Assembly (NCBI GenBank): GCA_965220355.1
Contig: OZ244820.1
Location: forward strand, 91,319-155,318
Reading direction: 5' to 3'
DNA length: 64,000 nt
DNA from: Dehalococcoidia bacterium
Lineage (GTDB): Bacteria > Chloroflexota > Dehalococcoidia > Lucifugimonadales > Lucifugimonadaceae
This document shows, one piece after another, positions 39,100-48,139 of this stretch. Position 1 is the stretch's first letter, and every line of letters starts with the position of its first letter. The notes beneath the pieces are model-generated. The model saw nothing but the letters and a program-made list of their open reading frames with translations. It searched no databases and was not told the origin of the DNA. The translations under genes and the position numbers were made by a program.

Positions 39100-39701
39100 C
39101 GGTACAGACCTTTTTCGATGATAAATCTGTGCGTCAAATCTGGCACAAGATTCGCCGCTGCCGCCAGGTCGCTCTGTGAATACATCGACCTGATCTGAGA
39201 CGCGCTGACATCGACCATCGGCCCACGAACCAAAAGCGTGCCATCGGACAACGCCGTGCCATTATCGATTGACGTTCCCGGACGGTGGACCACCGCGAAT
39301 CTGCATGCCCTAGTAAGTTCTTCGTACCGGTGCCAACGGTGGAGTTCGGCCGCGGCGTCTGATCCAATGGCTAGGATGTATTCGCAATCTTCGCCGTAGA
39401 CCCTCCGTAGGTCGCGAATGGTGTCGATCGAGTAGGTGGTCTTGTCTCGGATCACGTCGACGTCCGATACGTCGATTCCGGGTTCGTTCTCGGTCGCGAG
39501 TTCCAGCATACGCAATCGGTCTTCGGGTGACGCGACAGGTGGCCCAGCTCTCAACCAGGGCCGCCCGGTCGGGATCATGATCACAACGTCCGCTTCAAGT
39601 TCGTGAGATAGGCTACGCGCGATGGCGATGTGTCCCACGTGGACCGGGTCGAAGGTGCCTCCGAATACGACGATCCGATTCACTGCCACTCGAACTCCCA
39701 A
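39078..39701 (-). CDS. nadD: nicotinate-nucleotide adenylyltransferase
   Basis: VFGGTFDPVHVGH is present. The start is uncertain because the ORF overlaps the obg 3' end. Confidence 0.85.
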   Translation of the reverse strand: MGVRVAVNRIVVFGGTFDPVHVGHIAIARSLSHELEADVVIMIPTGRPWLRAGPPVASPEDRLRMLELATENEPGIDVSDVDVIRDKTTYSIDTIRDLRRVYGEDCEYILAIGSDAAAELHRWHRYEELTRACRFAVVHRPGTSIDNGTALSDGTLLVRGPMVDVSASQIRSMYSQSDLAAAANLVPDLTHRFIIEKGLYRCNTPKP

Positions 39702-41011
39702 CCGCCTACGAGAACAACGTCACCGTTTTGGGCGCCGGCACGCCGCAGGGCATTCGTGACATTCATCCGTTCAAGCCTTTGGTGATACTGGACCAGCGCA
39801 TCCCAGTTGTCTAGGTTAGAACCCAGCGCCAGCCTCACCGCTCGTTCGTGGACGATCCGAAAGCTATCGGCACCGGTACGGACGACCATGCGAGGATTGG
39901 TCATCCGAGGTCGAAAGACCGGCAGATTTTCGTCCTCCAAGGGGTCGTATTCCTCCCCACTAGCGGACTCAAGCGCCAGCGCAGGCGATGCCGCTTCTTG
40001 GTTCCGCATGTCGGCTAAACGGTACGAAATGGCGGCGACCAGATCGTCTATGTCTTGACGGGTTGCTGCCGATATGAAATAAATTGCAGTATCTTCGCCG
40101 ATAGCGGCCCGGATATCTTCCAAGATCTCATCCCGTAGCAGCTCAACCTCCTCGAGATCGACTTTGTTAACAGCGATGATTTGCGGTGTGCGTGCTAGCC
40201 GCGTGTCAAAGGCCTCGAGTTCTTGATTGATCGCGCGAACTCGTTCACCAGGCTCGCCCTCGCTGCCATCTACGACGTGAACCAGCAACCGCGTCCGCTG
40301 CATGTGTTTCAGGAATTCGTGACCGAGGCCCACGCCTTCGGACGCGCCCTCGATCAATCCTGGAATGTCGACCGCCGCGAATGCGTCGAAACCGTGCTCG
40401 ACAATCCCGAGCACCGGCTCCAGAGTGGTGAACGGGTAGTCCGCGATCTTCGGTCGCGCCGCGCTGATGGTCGTGAGCAGACTTGATTTGCCGGCGTTCG
40501 GCATCCCAACGAACCCAACATCAGCCAAGATCTTCAGGTTGAGACGCAACCGCGCGATCTGTCCCGCTTCGCCCGCCTCCGCCAACAGCGGTTCACGGTT
40601 GACGGGCGTCACGAACGCCGCGTTACCCAATCCTCCACGACCACCCTGCGCGACCTCAAGTCGTTGGCCCGGATGCACCAGATCGCCTAGAAAGATCTCA
40701 GATTCACCCACGGTCTCGGAAATCTGCCAGACCTCAGTGCCAACGGGCACAGTAACATCGACGCTTTCCCCGTTCGCGCCATGTCGCCGATTACGGGCCC
40801 CATTGCCGCCGTTCTTGGCGATGAAATGGCGCCGCCAGCGGAATTTCAAAAGCGTGTTCAACGATGGATCGGCTACTAACGAGACTGAACCGCCGTTGCC
40901 CCCATTACCACCTGCAGGCCCGCCGAGTGGTCGCAACGCCTCCCGCAGGAACGTTACAATCCCGTTCCCGCCGTTCCCCGCTCTCGCCTCGATGGTCGCT
41001 TCATCGATCAT
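39680..41011 (-). CDS. obg: GTPase Obg/CgtA
   Basis: The product has a glycine-rich Obg fold (AGNGGNGIVTF, GGNGGNGG), a G domain (GMPNAGKSS) and a C-terminal OCT-like domain. Confidence 0.95.
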   Translation of the reverse strand: MIDEATIEARAGNGGNGIVTFLREALRPLGGPAGGNGGNGGSVSLVADPSLNTLLKFRWRRHFIAKNGGNGARNRRHGANGESVDVTVPVGTEVWQISETVGESEIFLGDLVHPGQRLEVAQGGRGGLGNAAFVTPVNREPLLAEAGEAGQIARLRLNLKILADVGFVGMPNAGKSSLLTTISAARPKIADYPFTTLEPVLGIVEHGFDAFAAVDIPGLIEGASEGVGLGHEFLKHMQRTRLLVHVVDGSEGEPGERVRAINQELEAFDTRLARTPQIIAVNKVDLEEVELLRDEILEDIRAAIGEDTAIYFISAATRQDIDDLVAAISYRLADMRNQEAASPALALESASGEEYDPLEDENLPVFRPRMTNPRMVVRTGADSFRIVHERAVRLALGSNLDNWDALVQYHQRLERMNVTNALRRAGAQNGDVVLVGGWEFEWQ

Positions 41012-41086
41012 GCCGAGATTCTAAACGGGCGCATACCAAACGTCGTGGTGCGACCTCGTCTGCGTGAGGGTAGTGGCGCGCTCCAC

Positions 41087-41518
41087 TTACCGAATTCGAC
41101 GCATCAAGTTGATGAATCCTTCTTGCTCGAAGTCGCGGTCGGTCGCGATAACTTCGTCGATGCCGTTGCGTCGCATGATGGTCATACCGATACAGTCGAC
41201 CATGCTGTAACGCTTGTCAAGGCGTGATTCGTATAAGTCGAGCGCGGCCAAATAAAGTGCGTCGTCCACGGATTCGACGCGATATTTTGGGTCCGCAATA
41301 GTGATTCTGGCGAAACGCGCGACCCTCTGCCTCAAAGCAGGCCCTTGGCGGCTGAAATGTGCCAGAAACTCATTGATTACATCTCGGGTTGTTGTGAGTA
41401 CCGCCCGATCATCACTGTGAAGTTGCGAACGGAGTCGATGGGCCGGCAGGCAAGAATCGTCCTTTGGGTCGAACAGAGCAACGAAAAACCCGGAGTCTAC
41501 GAAAATCACTCTTCCCAT
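41087..41518 (-). CDS. PIN domain ribonuclease (VapC-like toxin)
   Basis: VIFVDSGFFVAL, INEF, SMVDC and TDRDF supply acidic residues in PIN order. Confidence 0.75.
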   Translation of the reverse strand: MGRVIFVDSGFFVALFDPKDDSCLPAHRLRSQLHSDDRAVLTTTRDVINEFLAHFSRQGPALRQRVARFARITIADPKYRVESVDDALYLAALDLYESRLDKRYSMVDCIGMTIMRRNGIDEVIATDRDFEQEGFINLMRRIR

Positions 41519-41880
41519 TCAGGTCTCTCGCGTTTTGGCAAACCATAGAGGTAATGGTCAAGATTCAAGGACCCATCGTGCGGCATGGCATCAACCTCTT
41601 CCTGCGGAATGTCGGACCACAGCACTTGCACCATGCCGTAGAGGTCGCCTTGCAGAAACTCGCCGTCGCGCGCGAATACGTGATCGACATCGGTCAGGCG
41701 CTCTTTCAACGCTTCCAGAGCGATGTAGCCGTCTTTGTGGACCTCGTACTCGCCGGAGTTGACGTCGATTACAATCCACTGACCGTCGATGTCGTCGCCG
41801 AGTTCATCCTTGATGCGCTCGTGGTACATCTTCTGGGCGCGCTCGATCGCCAAGGCGTAGCGATTTTTTCGTGGAGACAT
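41506..41880 (-). CDS. putative cognate antitoxin (unrecognised family)
   Basis: This 124-aa ORF lies immediately upstream of the PIN gene and overlaps it by 13 nt. The C-terminal NLDHYLYGLPKRE resembles tails seen on some PIN-associated antitoxins, from memory only. Confidence 0.45.
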   Translation of the reverse strand: MSPRKNRYALAIERAQKMYHERIKDELGDDIDGQWIVIDVNSGEYEVHKDGYIALEALKERLTDVDHVFARDGEFLQGDLYGMVQVLWSDIPQEEVDAMPHDGSLNLDHYLYGLPKRERPEWEE

Positions 41881-42086
41881 GAAAAACCTAACAAGTTATT
41901 TAACCCGTAACGACATTCTAAACGCGCAAGAAACGTCGCTCATCCCGCGAGGTCGACGCAAACCAACATTTGCTGGCGTCAAACCGACTTCATAGGCAGT
42001 TATGCAATAAGATATTCGCGATGCGGTCAACGTCGTGTGATCTGGTCGCGTATTCGGTACATGTGCAGAAAAGGGGAGCAGTTGAG

Positions 42087-43079
42087 TTGGAGAATGTGAG
42101 CAAAGAAAGACTGGAGCGGATGTTGGAGCGGATGTGGCTTATTCGGCACTTCGAGATGCGCGTGATGGAGGTACACTCGGCCGGCGAGTTCACTGGCGCG
42201 GCACACCCGTACATCGGCGAAGAAGCTGTGGCGGTCGGAGCATGTGCGGCGCTCGAAGACACCGATTACATCGCGGGTAACCACCGTTCACATGGACACC
42301 CGCTGGCGAAGGGCGGCAGTGTCAAGCGAGCGATGGCAGAGCTTTACGGGCGAGTAGACGGTTATTGCAAAGGCAAGGGTGGCTCGATGCACCTCGCCGA
42401 TTTCTCGATCGGCATCTTGGGCGAATCAGGCATCGTAGCTTCCTCGGTCCCTGTGGCCACGGGCGCAGCGTTGGCCGCCAAGATCAAGGGCGAGGACTTT
42501 GTTTCGATGGTCTTCTTCGGCGACGGCGCCTCCAATCAAGGCGCTTGCCACGAGTCGATGAACCTTGCGTCGCTTTGGAATCTGCCGGTCATTTTCCTCT
42601 GCGAGAACAATCAGTTCGCAGTCACGACTTCCTACCACGACTCGGTGTCCGTCGAACACATCTCCGATCGCGCCACCGCTTACGACATGCCCGGCGTGCT
42701 GGTTGACGGTCAAGACGCAGTGGCGATGTACGAGGCGACGCGCGAGGCCGTGGCTCGAGGCCGCGCCGGCGAAGGGCCGACGCTGATCGAAGCGCTAACC
42801 TACAGATACGAGGAACACTCGTTGGGTTTGGGCCGCGTTCGCCGGGGCGAGTACCGAACCGAGGAGCAGATCAACGAGTGGCGCGAGCGCGACCCGATCG
42901 ATGTCCTCGAGCGGACGCTGACCACACAAGGAATCTTGACCCGAGAAGAATGCGACGCGATTTCGAAAGCCAAAGAGGCCGAAGTCGAAGAAGCCGTCGA
43001 GTTCGCCCGTAACAGCCCGTATCCAGAGCCCGAAGCTCTGTTCGATGACATGTGGGCCGACCCTATTCCTGCGCCCTAA
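42087..43079 (+). CDS. thiamine-diphosphate-dependent 2-oxoacid dehydrogenase E1 component, alpha subunit
   Basis: GAAHPYIGEEAVAVG and the TPP motif FFGDGASNQG...LPVIFLCENNQFA are present. The start is uncertain: TTG at 42087 follows aaggggag, and the ORF track starts at 41970. Confidence 0.85.
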   Translation: MENVSKERLERMLERMWLIRHFEMRVMEVHSAGEFTGAAHPYIGEEAVAVGACAALEDTDYIAGNHRSHGHPLAKGGSVKRAMAELYGRVDGYCKGKGGSMHLADFSIGILGESGIVASSVPVATGAALAAKIKGEDFVSMVFFGDGASNQGACHESMNLASLWNLPVIFLCENNQFAVTTSYHDSVSVEHISDRATAYDMPGVLVDGQDAVAMYEATREAVARGRAGEGPTLIEALTYRYEEHSLGLGRVRRGEYRTEEQINEWRERDPIDVLERTLTTQGILTREECDAISKAKEAEVEEAVEFARNSPYPEPEALFDDMWADPIPAP

Positions 43080-43143
43080 ACGCCAGTCAGCAAGGTCATC
43101 TTGCGAACGAACTAAACGTACCCAACACGAAAGCACCATCGAA

Positions 43144-44118
43144 ATGGCATCCAACGCAATCTACATAGAGGCTATCAACCAGGCGATCATCGAGGAGATG
43201 ACGCGGGACGAAAACGTCTTCATCATGGGAGAAGACATTCGGCGGTCTGTTTATGGCGCGACAGCCGGACTGCTGACGCAGTTCGGTGAAAACCGCGTAT
43301 TGGACACCCCACTATCCGAAAACGGATTCTTCGGTGCCGCAATCGGCGCCTCTTTGGTGGGAATGCGACCGATCGTCGAGACGCTGACAAGCTTCATGTG
43401 GGTCGCCATGGACCAACTGGTGAGCCAAGCCGCCAAGATGCGCTACATGTTCGGCGGTCAGGCGACCCTGCCGGTGGTCTTTCGCGCCACTATGTTCTAC
43501 GGCGGTGGTTCCGCAGCTCACCACTCAGACCGTTCCTACCCAATGTTTATGAACATGCCCGGTTTCAAGATCCTCGTGCCGGCGACACCGAGAGATGCGA
43601 AGGGACTGCTGAAAACCGCAATTCGTGACAACGACCCTTGCATCGTGTTCGAGGACGGAACTTTGGGCGGTTCTACCAGCGAAGTCGAAGAGGGCGATGC
43701 GGCACTGATTCCGTTTGGCGTTGCCGATGTACCGCGTTCCGGCTCCGATGTTACGGTCGTCGCGATCGCTGGTGCTGTGCCGATGGCGTTGCGCGCGGCT
43801 GAAGAACTGGAAGACGAAGGCGTATCGGTCGAGGTTATCGATCCCCGGACGCTCGTGCCACTAGACAAGGACGCGATCTTGGAATCGGTCAGCAAGACCG
43901 GCCGCCTCGTAATCGCCGACCCGGCGCACAAGGTGTGCAGCGCAGCTTCCGAGATCGCATCAATCGTGTCCCAAGACGGATTCTGGGATCTCCAAGCGCC
44001 CATCATGAAGGTGGCAGCAGAGCAGGTCCATATTCCTTACACACCGGTGCTTGAACGGCTGGTCTACCCGTCATCCGAGAAGATAGCAGACGCGGTGCGA
44101 GCGACGTTGGAGGACTAA
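43144..44118 (+). CDS. 2-oxoacid dehydrogenase E1 component, beta subunit
   Basis: The start MASNAIYIEAINQAIIEEMTRDENVFIMGEDI is typical of E1-beta. Confidence 0.9.
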   Translation: MASNAIYIEAINQAIIEEMTRDENVFIMGEDIRRSVYGATAGLLTQFGENRVLDTPLSENGFFGAAIGASLVGMRPIVETLTSFMWVAMDQLVSQAAKMRYMFGGQATLPVVFRATMFYGGGSAAHHSDRSYPMFMNMPGFKILVPATPRDAKGLLKTAIRDNDPCIVFEDGTLGGSTSEVEEGDAALIPFGVADVPRSGSDVTVVAIAGAVPMALRAAEELEDEGVSVEVIDPRTLVPLDKDAILESVSKTGRLVIADPAHKVCSAASEIASIVSQDGFWDLQAPIMKVAAEQVHIPYTPVLERLVYPSSEKIADAVRATLED

Positions 44119-44122
44119 ACGT

Positions 44123-44590
44123 ATGCCGCGTTCACCAGAGTCGATTGTCGCTGCGCTGGTCGAGCAACAGATACGCGTTACCGGTCCGCGGCGAGAGATC
44201 ATCGACTACATATCTGTCGTGCCGAGAACTTTCACCGCCGAAGAAGTGTGCTCCAAGTTACCTGACATTGGACGCGCCACGGTTTACCGCACGTTGAAGA
44301 TGTTGCAGGACGAGGACATCATATGCAAAGTCGTCATGCCTACCGACGATATGGTTTACAGCGTTTCAGCGGCCATCGACCCGGAAAGGGGAGCAATCAG
44401 CGATGCGGCGCACCATCATCACGCCGTCTGCACGGTCTGCGGCATAGTTCGGCGTTTCACGGCCGAGGCTATTGAGGGCGCGATCAACACTCTCAGCTCG
44501 TCTGTCGATGGTGTAATGGGAGAGGTAATGGATCATCGCATCGAGGTATATGACATCTGTCCTCGGTGCAGCGCCGAAAGCGCAGCCTAG
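44123..44590 (+). CDS. Fur family transcriptional regulator (probable Zur)
   Basis: There is a winged helix (GRATVYRTLKMLQDEDII), a His cluster with CTVCG, and CPRC. It is adjacent to znuABC. Confidence 0.75.
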   Translation: MPRSPESIVAALVEQQIRVTGPRREIIDYISVVPRTFTAEEVCSKLPDIGRATVYRTLKMLQDEDIICKVVMPTDDMVYSVSAAIDPERGAISDAAHHHHAVCTVCGIVRRFTAEAIEGAINTLSSSVDGVMGEVMDHRIEVYDICPRCSAESAA

Positions 44591-44880
44591 CCCTTCGTTA
44601 TTCACATCCACTCGCGTTCGCCTGACATCTCAGGATTTACTCATGCGTACCGCCGTGTTTACACGAGTTAAGCGTCGACGCGTCACCAACGGGCAAGAAC
44701 CACAACAATTTCGTGCCGAACAGTCAGGCGGAAGCATTACGTGGCTAAGAAGCTGGATGAACAGCAATCACCAGTTGCCGCTAGGTGGTTTGGTGTTCCA
44801 TGCATGCGTTTACACGCCGCTCAAAAGCATCTAATCTCATCTGACCAGAGTCCCGAGAGTAGATTCAGCCAACGTTTCGC

Positions 44881-45207
44881 ATGGCCGAATCAAGACACAG
44901 TCACCATCACGACCATCATGACCATTCCCACGACTATCGTGAAGCGGGTCGGCGCAACCTGCTCATCTCGCTGTCCCTGATCGGCGGATTCATGATCGCC
45001 GAGGTGATCGGTGGCGTCCTGTGTGGCTCGCTCGCGCTTTTGGGTAACGCTGGCCACACGATTACCGACGCCATGGCGCTCGCGCTCGCTTTGATTGCAT
45101 TGTGGATTGGCGATCGGGTTGAGGACGCCGCCCGAGCATATGGGTTCAAGCGCGCGGAAGTGCTCGCCGCGTTGGTGGTGACGGCCAAAAGGGCTCGCTC
45201 CCGTTAA
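44881..45207 (+). pseudogene. truncated cation diffusion facilitator (CzcD/ZitB-like) gene fragment
   Basis: A His-rich N-terminus is followed by TM1-TM3 (LLISLSLIGGFMIAEVIGG...GHTITDAMALALALIA...GFKRAEVLAALV). The ORF then ends after about 100 aa, whereas CDF proteins are about 300 aa. The fragment abuts the znuB 3' end. Confidence 0.6.
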
Positions 45208-45268
45208 ACCTTCGAAATTCACGTGGAAGCCGGCGTCGCGACATCGCGTCGCCGGCCCCATTTTGGGG

Positions 45269-46093
45269 TCAAGATATCCGGCGTCGAATCGCGGCGATTA
45301 TCGCAAAGATAATGCCCGACGCCAAAGCGATCGACGCACCAGATGGGAGGTTGCCGTAGTAGGAGGCGTACAGGCCGGTTATCGAAGCAATCAATGCGAA
45401 ACCGATGCCAAACGCGATTATGTGGAGGATCTTGCGCGCGGCCAGAGAGGCCGCGGCCGCCGGTGCGATCAACATCGCCAGAACCAATATCACTCCCACA
45501 GCTTGGATCGTGACGACGACGACTACCGATATCAGCGCAAGTAACAGATAATCGATCATCGCGACCCGTATCCCCGCGACTTCTGCACCGATCGGATCGA
45601 AGCTGACGAAAACGAGCTCCTTGAAGTACCCCGCAAAGACGATGAGCGTCAGCAACGTAACTCCCAGCGTCACCAATATGTCGCCGGTCGTTACCGCCAG
45701 TATTTGCCCTAGGAGAATGTCTTCCAGGTTGACCGTAACTCGAGTCCCCCATATCGAGATCATCACGATACCGAGTGCGAACAAGCTGGCAAACAAAATC
45801 CCAATCGCGGCATCCGCATGAAGTCCAGTCTTGCGGATCACGTAACCGATCAAGAATGCGAACACCAAAGCAGCCGGCAACATACCGAACCAAGTGCTCA
45901 GGCCGAAGATCAACGCAAGTGCCATCCCCGGGAATATGGAGTGCGCCATCGCGTCGCCCATGAAGCCGTAGCCGCGGGTGATTATGAACACGCCCACCAA
46001 CGGGCAAGTGATGCTGATGATGATCGCGACGACGAGAGCTCGCATCAAGAAGCCGTATTGGAACGGCTCGATAATGTAGGAAATCGGATCCAT
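45269..46093 (-). CDS. znuB: metal ABC transporter permease (ZnuB/MntB family)
   Basis: The 274-aa polytopic product begins MDPISYIIEPFQYGFLMRAL, typical of this family. Confidence 0.8.
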   Translation of the reverse strand: MDPISYIIEPFQYGFLMRALVVAIIISITCPLVGVFIITRGYGFMGDAMAHSIFPGMALALIFGLSTWFGMLPAALVFAFLIGYVIRKTGLHADAAIGILFASLFALGIVMISIWGTRVTVNLEDILLGQILAVTTGDILVTLGVTLLTLIVFAGYFKELVFVSFDPIGAEVAGIRVAMIDYLLLALISVVVVVTIQAVGVILVLAMLIAPAAAASLAARKILHIIAFGIGFALIASITGLYASYYGNLPSGASIALASGIIFAIIAAIRRRIS

Positions 46094-46117
46094 CAGAATC
46101 TGCGAGAAGCAGCCGGG

Positions 46118-46879
46118 TCAGTGCGAGTTGGGAGGAACGTCCTCGATCGATGCCACGTGAGGTCCGTAGAGTTCGACTAGGACCTCCGGCGTAAAAGCTT
46201 CATCAGGTGGTCCCCACGCGCAAACGTGGCCGTTGAGGCAAAGTACTAGATCCATGTTGCGCGCCATATTCGCCAAATCGTGAGTCGACAACAGAATCGT
46301 CTCGCCCTCCTCGCATAACTGCCTCAAAACTGCGACCAACTCGTACTGCGAGCCTACGTCTACCCCGCTAAAGGCCTCGTCCAAGAGCAGTACCCGAGCG
46401 TCTTGCGCCAACGCCCGAGCGACAAATACGCGCTGCCGTTGGCCACCGGACAGCGAATAGATCATGTCGTCCCGGCGGTGCAGCAAGCCGACTCGGTGCA
46501 GCGCATCGCCCACGGCCTGCCGGTCGTCTTTAGAAACGTACTGGAACGCGCCGAGGCCGGGTGTCCGCCCCATCATCACGACATCCCAAACCGTCACCGG
46601 AAATTGCCAGTTGACGTTCTCCGACTGCGGAACGTATCCCACCAAACCCCGCGAACGGGCCGGGTCTGTCCCGTAAATGTGGACCGAACCCGATGTCGGG
46701 CGAATGATGCCGACGAGGGTTTTGAGCAATGTCGATTTGCCGGCTCCATTCGGACCAACCACCCCGACGAATGATCCAGACGGCACCGTGAACGTGACAT
46801 CGTTTAAAACGATGTTTTCGCCGTATGAAACCCGCGCATCGTGTGCGTCGACGGCAGGTAATGGCGCGCTGTGAACCAT
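46118..46879 (-). CDS. znuC: metal ABC transporter ATP-binding protein
   Basis: Motifs GPNGAGKSTLLK, LSGGQRQRV and LLLDEAFSGVD are present. The internal ATG at 46879 is preferred. Confidence 0.8.
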   Translation of the reverse strand: MVHSAPLPAVDAHDARVSYGENIVLNDVTFTVPSGSFVGVVGPNGAGKSTLLKTLVGIIRPTSGSVHIYGTDPARSRGLVGYVPQSENVNWQFPVTVWDVVMMGRTPGLGAFQYVSKDDRQAVGDALHRVGLLHRRDDMIYSLSGGQRQRVFVARALAQDARVLLLDEAFSGVDVGSQYELVAVLRQLCEEGETILLSTHDLANMARNMDLVLCLNGHVCAWGPPDEAFTPEVLVELYGPHVASIEDVPPNSH

Positions 46880-46916
46880 ATCGTCCGATTTGCGGCAATC
46901 GAGCCGCAAACACGAA

Positions 46917-48023
46917 TCACTCCTCCAATGCCTCGACGATTATATCTACATTGTTGCGCATCATATCGATGTAGGTCGATGCGCCGCTACCATCGTCGCC
47001 CAAAGAACCGACGTACAACCCCCCGACGAATTCGATACCGGCCTCGCGCGCCAGAGTGTTGGCGAGACGGTCGCTAAGTTGCTCCTCGGCGAAAACCACG
47101 CTGGCACCTTGTTCCTCGACCTCCTCAACAAGCTGTGCAAGCTCTTGAGGCGACCGTTCCAACTCCGTGCTTCCGCCTGGGATGATTACACCCGCCACTG
47201 TGAAACCGTATCGGTTCGCGAAATAACCCAATGAATCATGGGTCGTAACCAATAGGCGATCATGCTCGTCTATTTCCGACACACGCTCGATGATCCATTC
47301 ATCCAACTCTTCCAGCTCGACGACGTACGAATCGCGATTAGCGTTGTAGTAATCGGCAGAACCCGGATCGATCGCCCGCAACTCCTTGGCGATCTGACGA
47401 ACCGCGACGATCACCCGTTGAGGGTCGAACCAGAAGTGCGGATCCAACGCGCCGTGGCCGTGACCATCGTCCTCGTGGTGTTGCTCTACCTCGTCTTCGT
47501 CGTGGATTTCATCTTCGTCCTCATCCGCTTCGTGGTGCTCACCATCTTCTTCCTCTTCGCCCTCATCCTCTTCACCGTGGTCGTCACCCTCGTCTTCCTC
47601 ACCGTGATCATCGCTCTCGAAACTGAACTCGATGGGGTCGATGCGCTCACCTATTTCGATGACCAAGTCATGGTCGGCGGCAGCATTGTCGACCAAGTCT
47701 TCCAGCCACTCTCGTTCCAGTGATAAACCGACTGCGAACACAGTTTCTGCATCGGCGACCCGAGCTATATCGCGAGCGCCCGGCTGAAACGAGTGAGGGT
47801 CGACGCCCCTGGGAACAAGATCCATTACTTCGACGCGGTCTCCGCCGACAATCCTCACCCACTCACCGACGATGTTGCTGGTCGTCACAATCTGAAGCGG
47901 CGCAGTTGTAGGCGACTTCGTAGTCGCCGTCGGTTCCTGTTCGTTGCATGCGAACGACAAAACCAATAGGATGGCCGCCGAAACGGGCATCAACTTGACT
48001 ACTTTCGAGCGTTGAATCGACAT
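46917..48023 (-). CDS. znuA: metal ABC transporter substrate-binding lipoprotein with His/Asp/Glu-rich loop (ZnuA-like)
   Basis: The lipobox is LSFAC. The loop DDHGEEDEGDDHGEEDEGEEEEDGEHHEADEDEDEIHDEDEVEQHHEDDGHGHG is characteristic of Zn-specific cluster A-I binding proteins. ATG at 48023 is preferred. Confidence 0.8.
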   Translation of the reverse strand: MSIQRSKVVKLMPVSAAILLVLSFACNEQEPTATTKSPTTAPLQIVTTSNIVGEWVRIVGGDRVEVMDLVPRGVDPHSFQPGARDIARVADAETVFAVGLSLEREWLEDLVDNAAADHDLVIEIGERIDPIEFSFESDDHGEEDEGDDHGEEDEGEEEEDGEHHEADEDEDEIHDEDEVEQHHEDDGHGHGALDPHFWFDPQRVIVAVRQIAKELRAIDPGSADYYNANRDSYVVELEELDEWIIERVSEIDEHDRLLVTTHDSLGYFANRYGFTVAGVIIPGGSTELERSPQELAQLVEEVEEQGASVVFAEEQLSDRLANTLAREAGIEFVGGLYVGSLGDDGSGASTYIDMMRNNVDIIVEALEE

Positions 48024-48047
48024 TTGCCGTGCCTTTGCCAAATCAGG

Positions 48048-48089
48048 TTATGATACTATGTATCGTAAGTAATATGATATAGCGTATCA
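48048..48089. promoter_or_regulatory. two AT-rich palindromes upstream of znuA (candidate Zur boxes)
   Basis: The first is ttatGATACtatGTATCgtaa (48048-48068). The second is TGATAtagcgTATCA (48075-48089). They lie 25-66 nt upstream of the znuA ATG in the divergent spacer. Confidence 0.35.
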
Positions 48090-48139
48090 CATAGGTCGTG
48101 CAACAACCGGCGCCTCATTGGTCACCGTAGAATCAAACC

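Noticed and set aside
45219-46007. 262-aa minus-strand ORF in an alternative frame of znuB
   Set aside because: Its product is Arg/Gly/Asp-rich. The overlapping frame 45269..46093 encodes a textbook polytopic ZnuB-type permease.
47460-47640. Highly repetitive GAA/GAT/CAC-rich DNA in znuA as a possible independent repeat element
   Set aside because: It encodes the His/Asp/Glu-rich metal-binding loop that is a known feature of ZnuA-type binding proteins.
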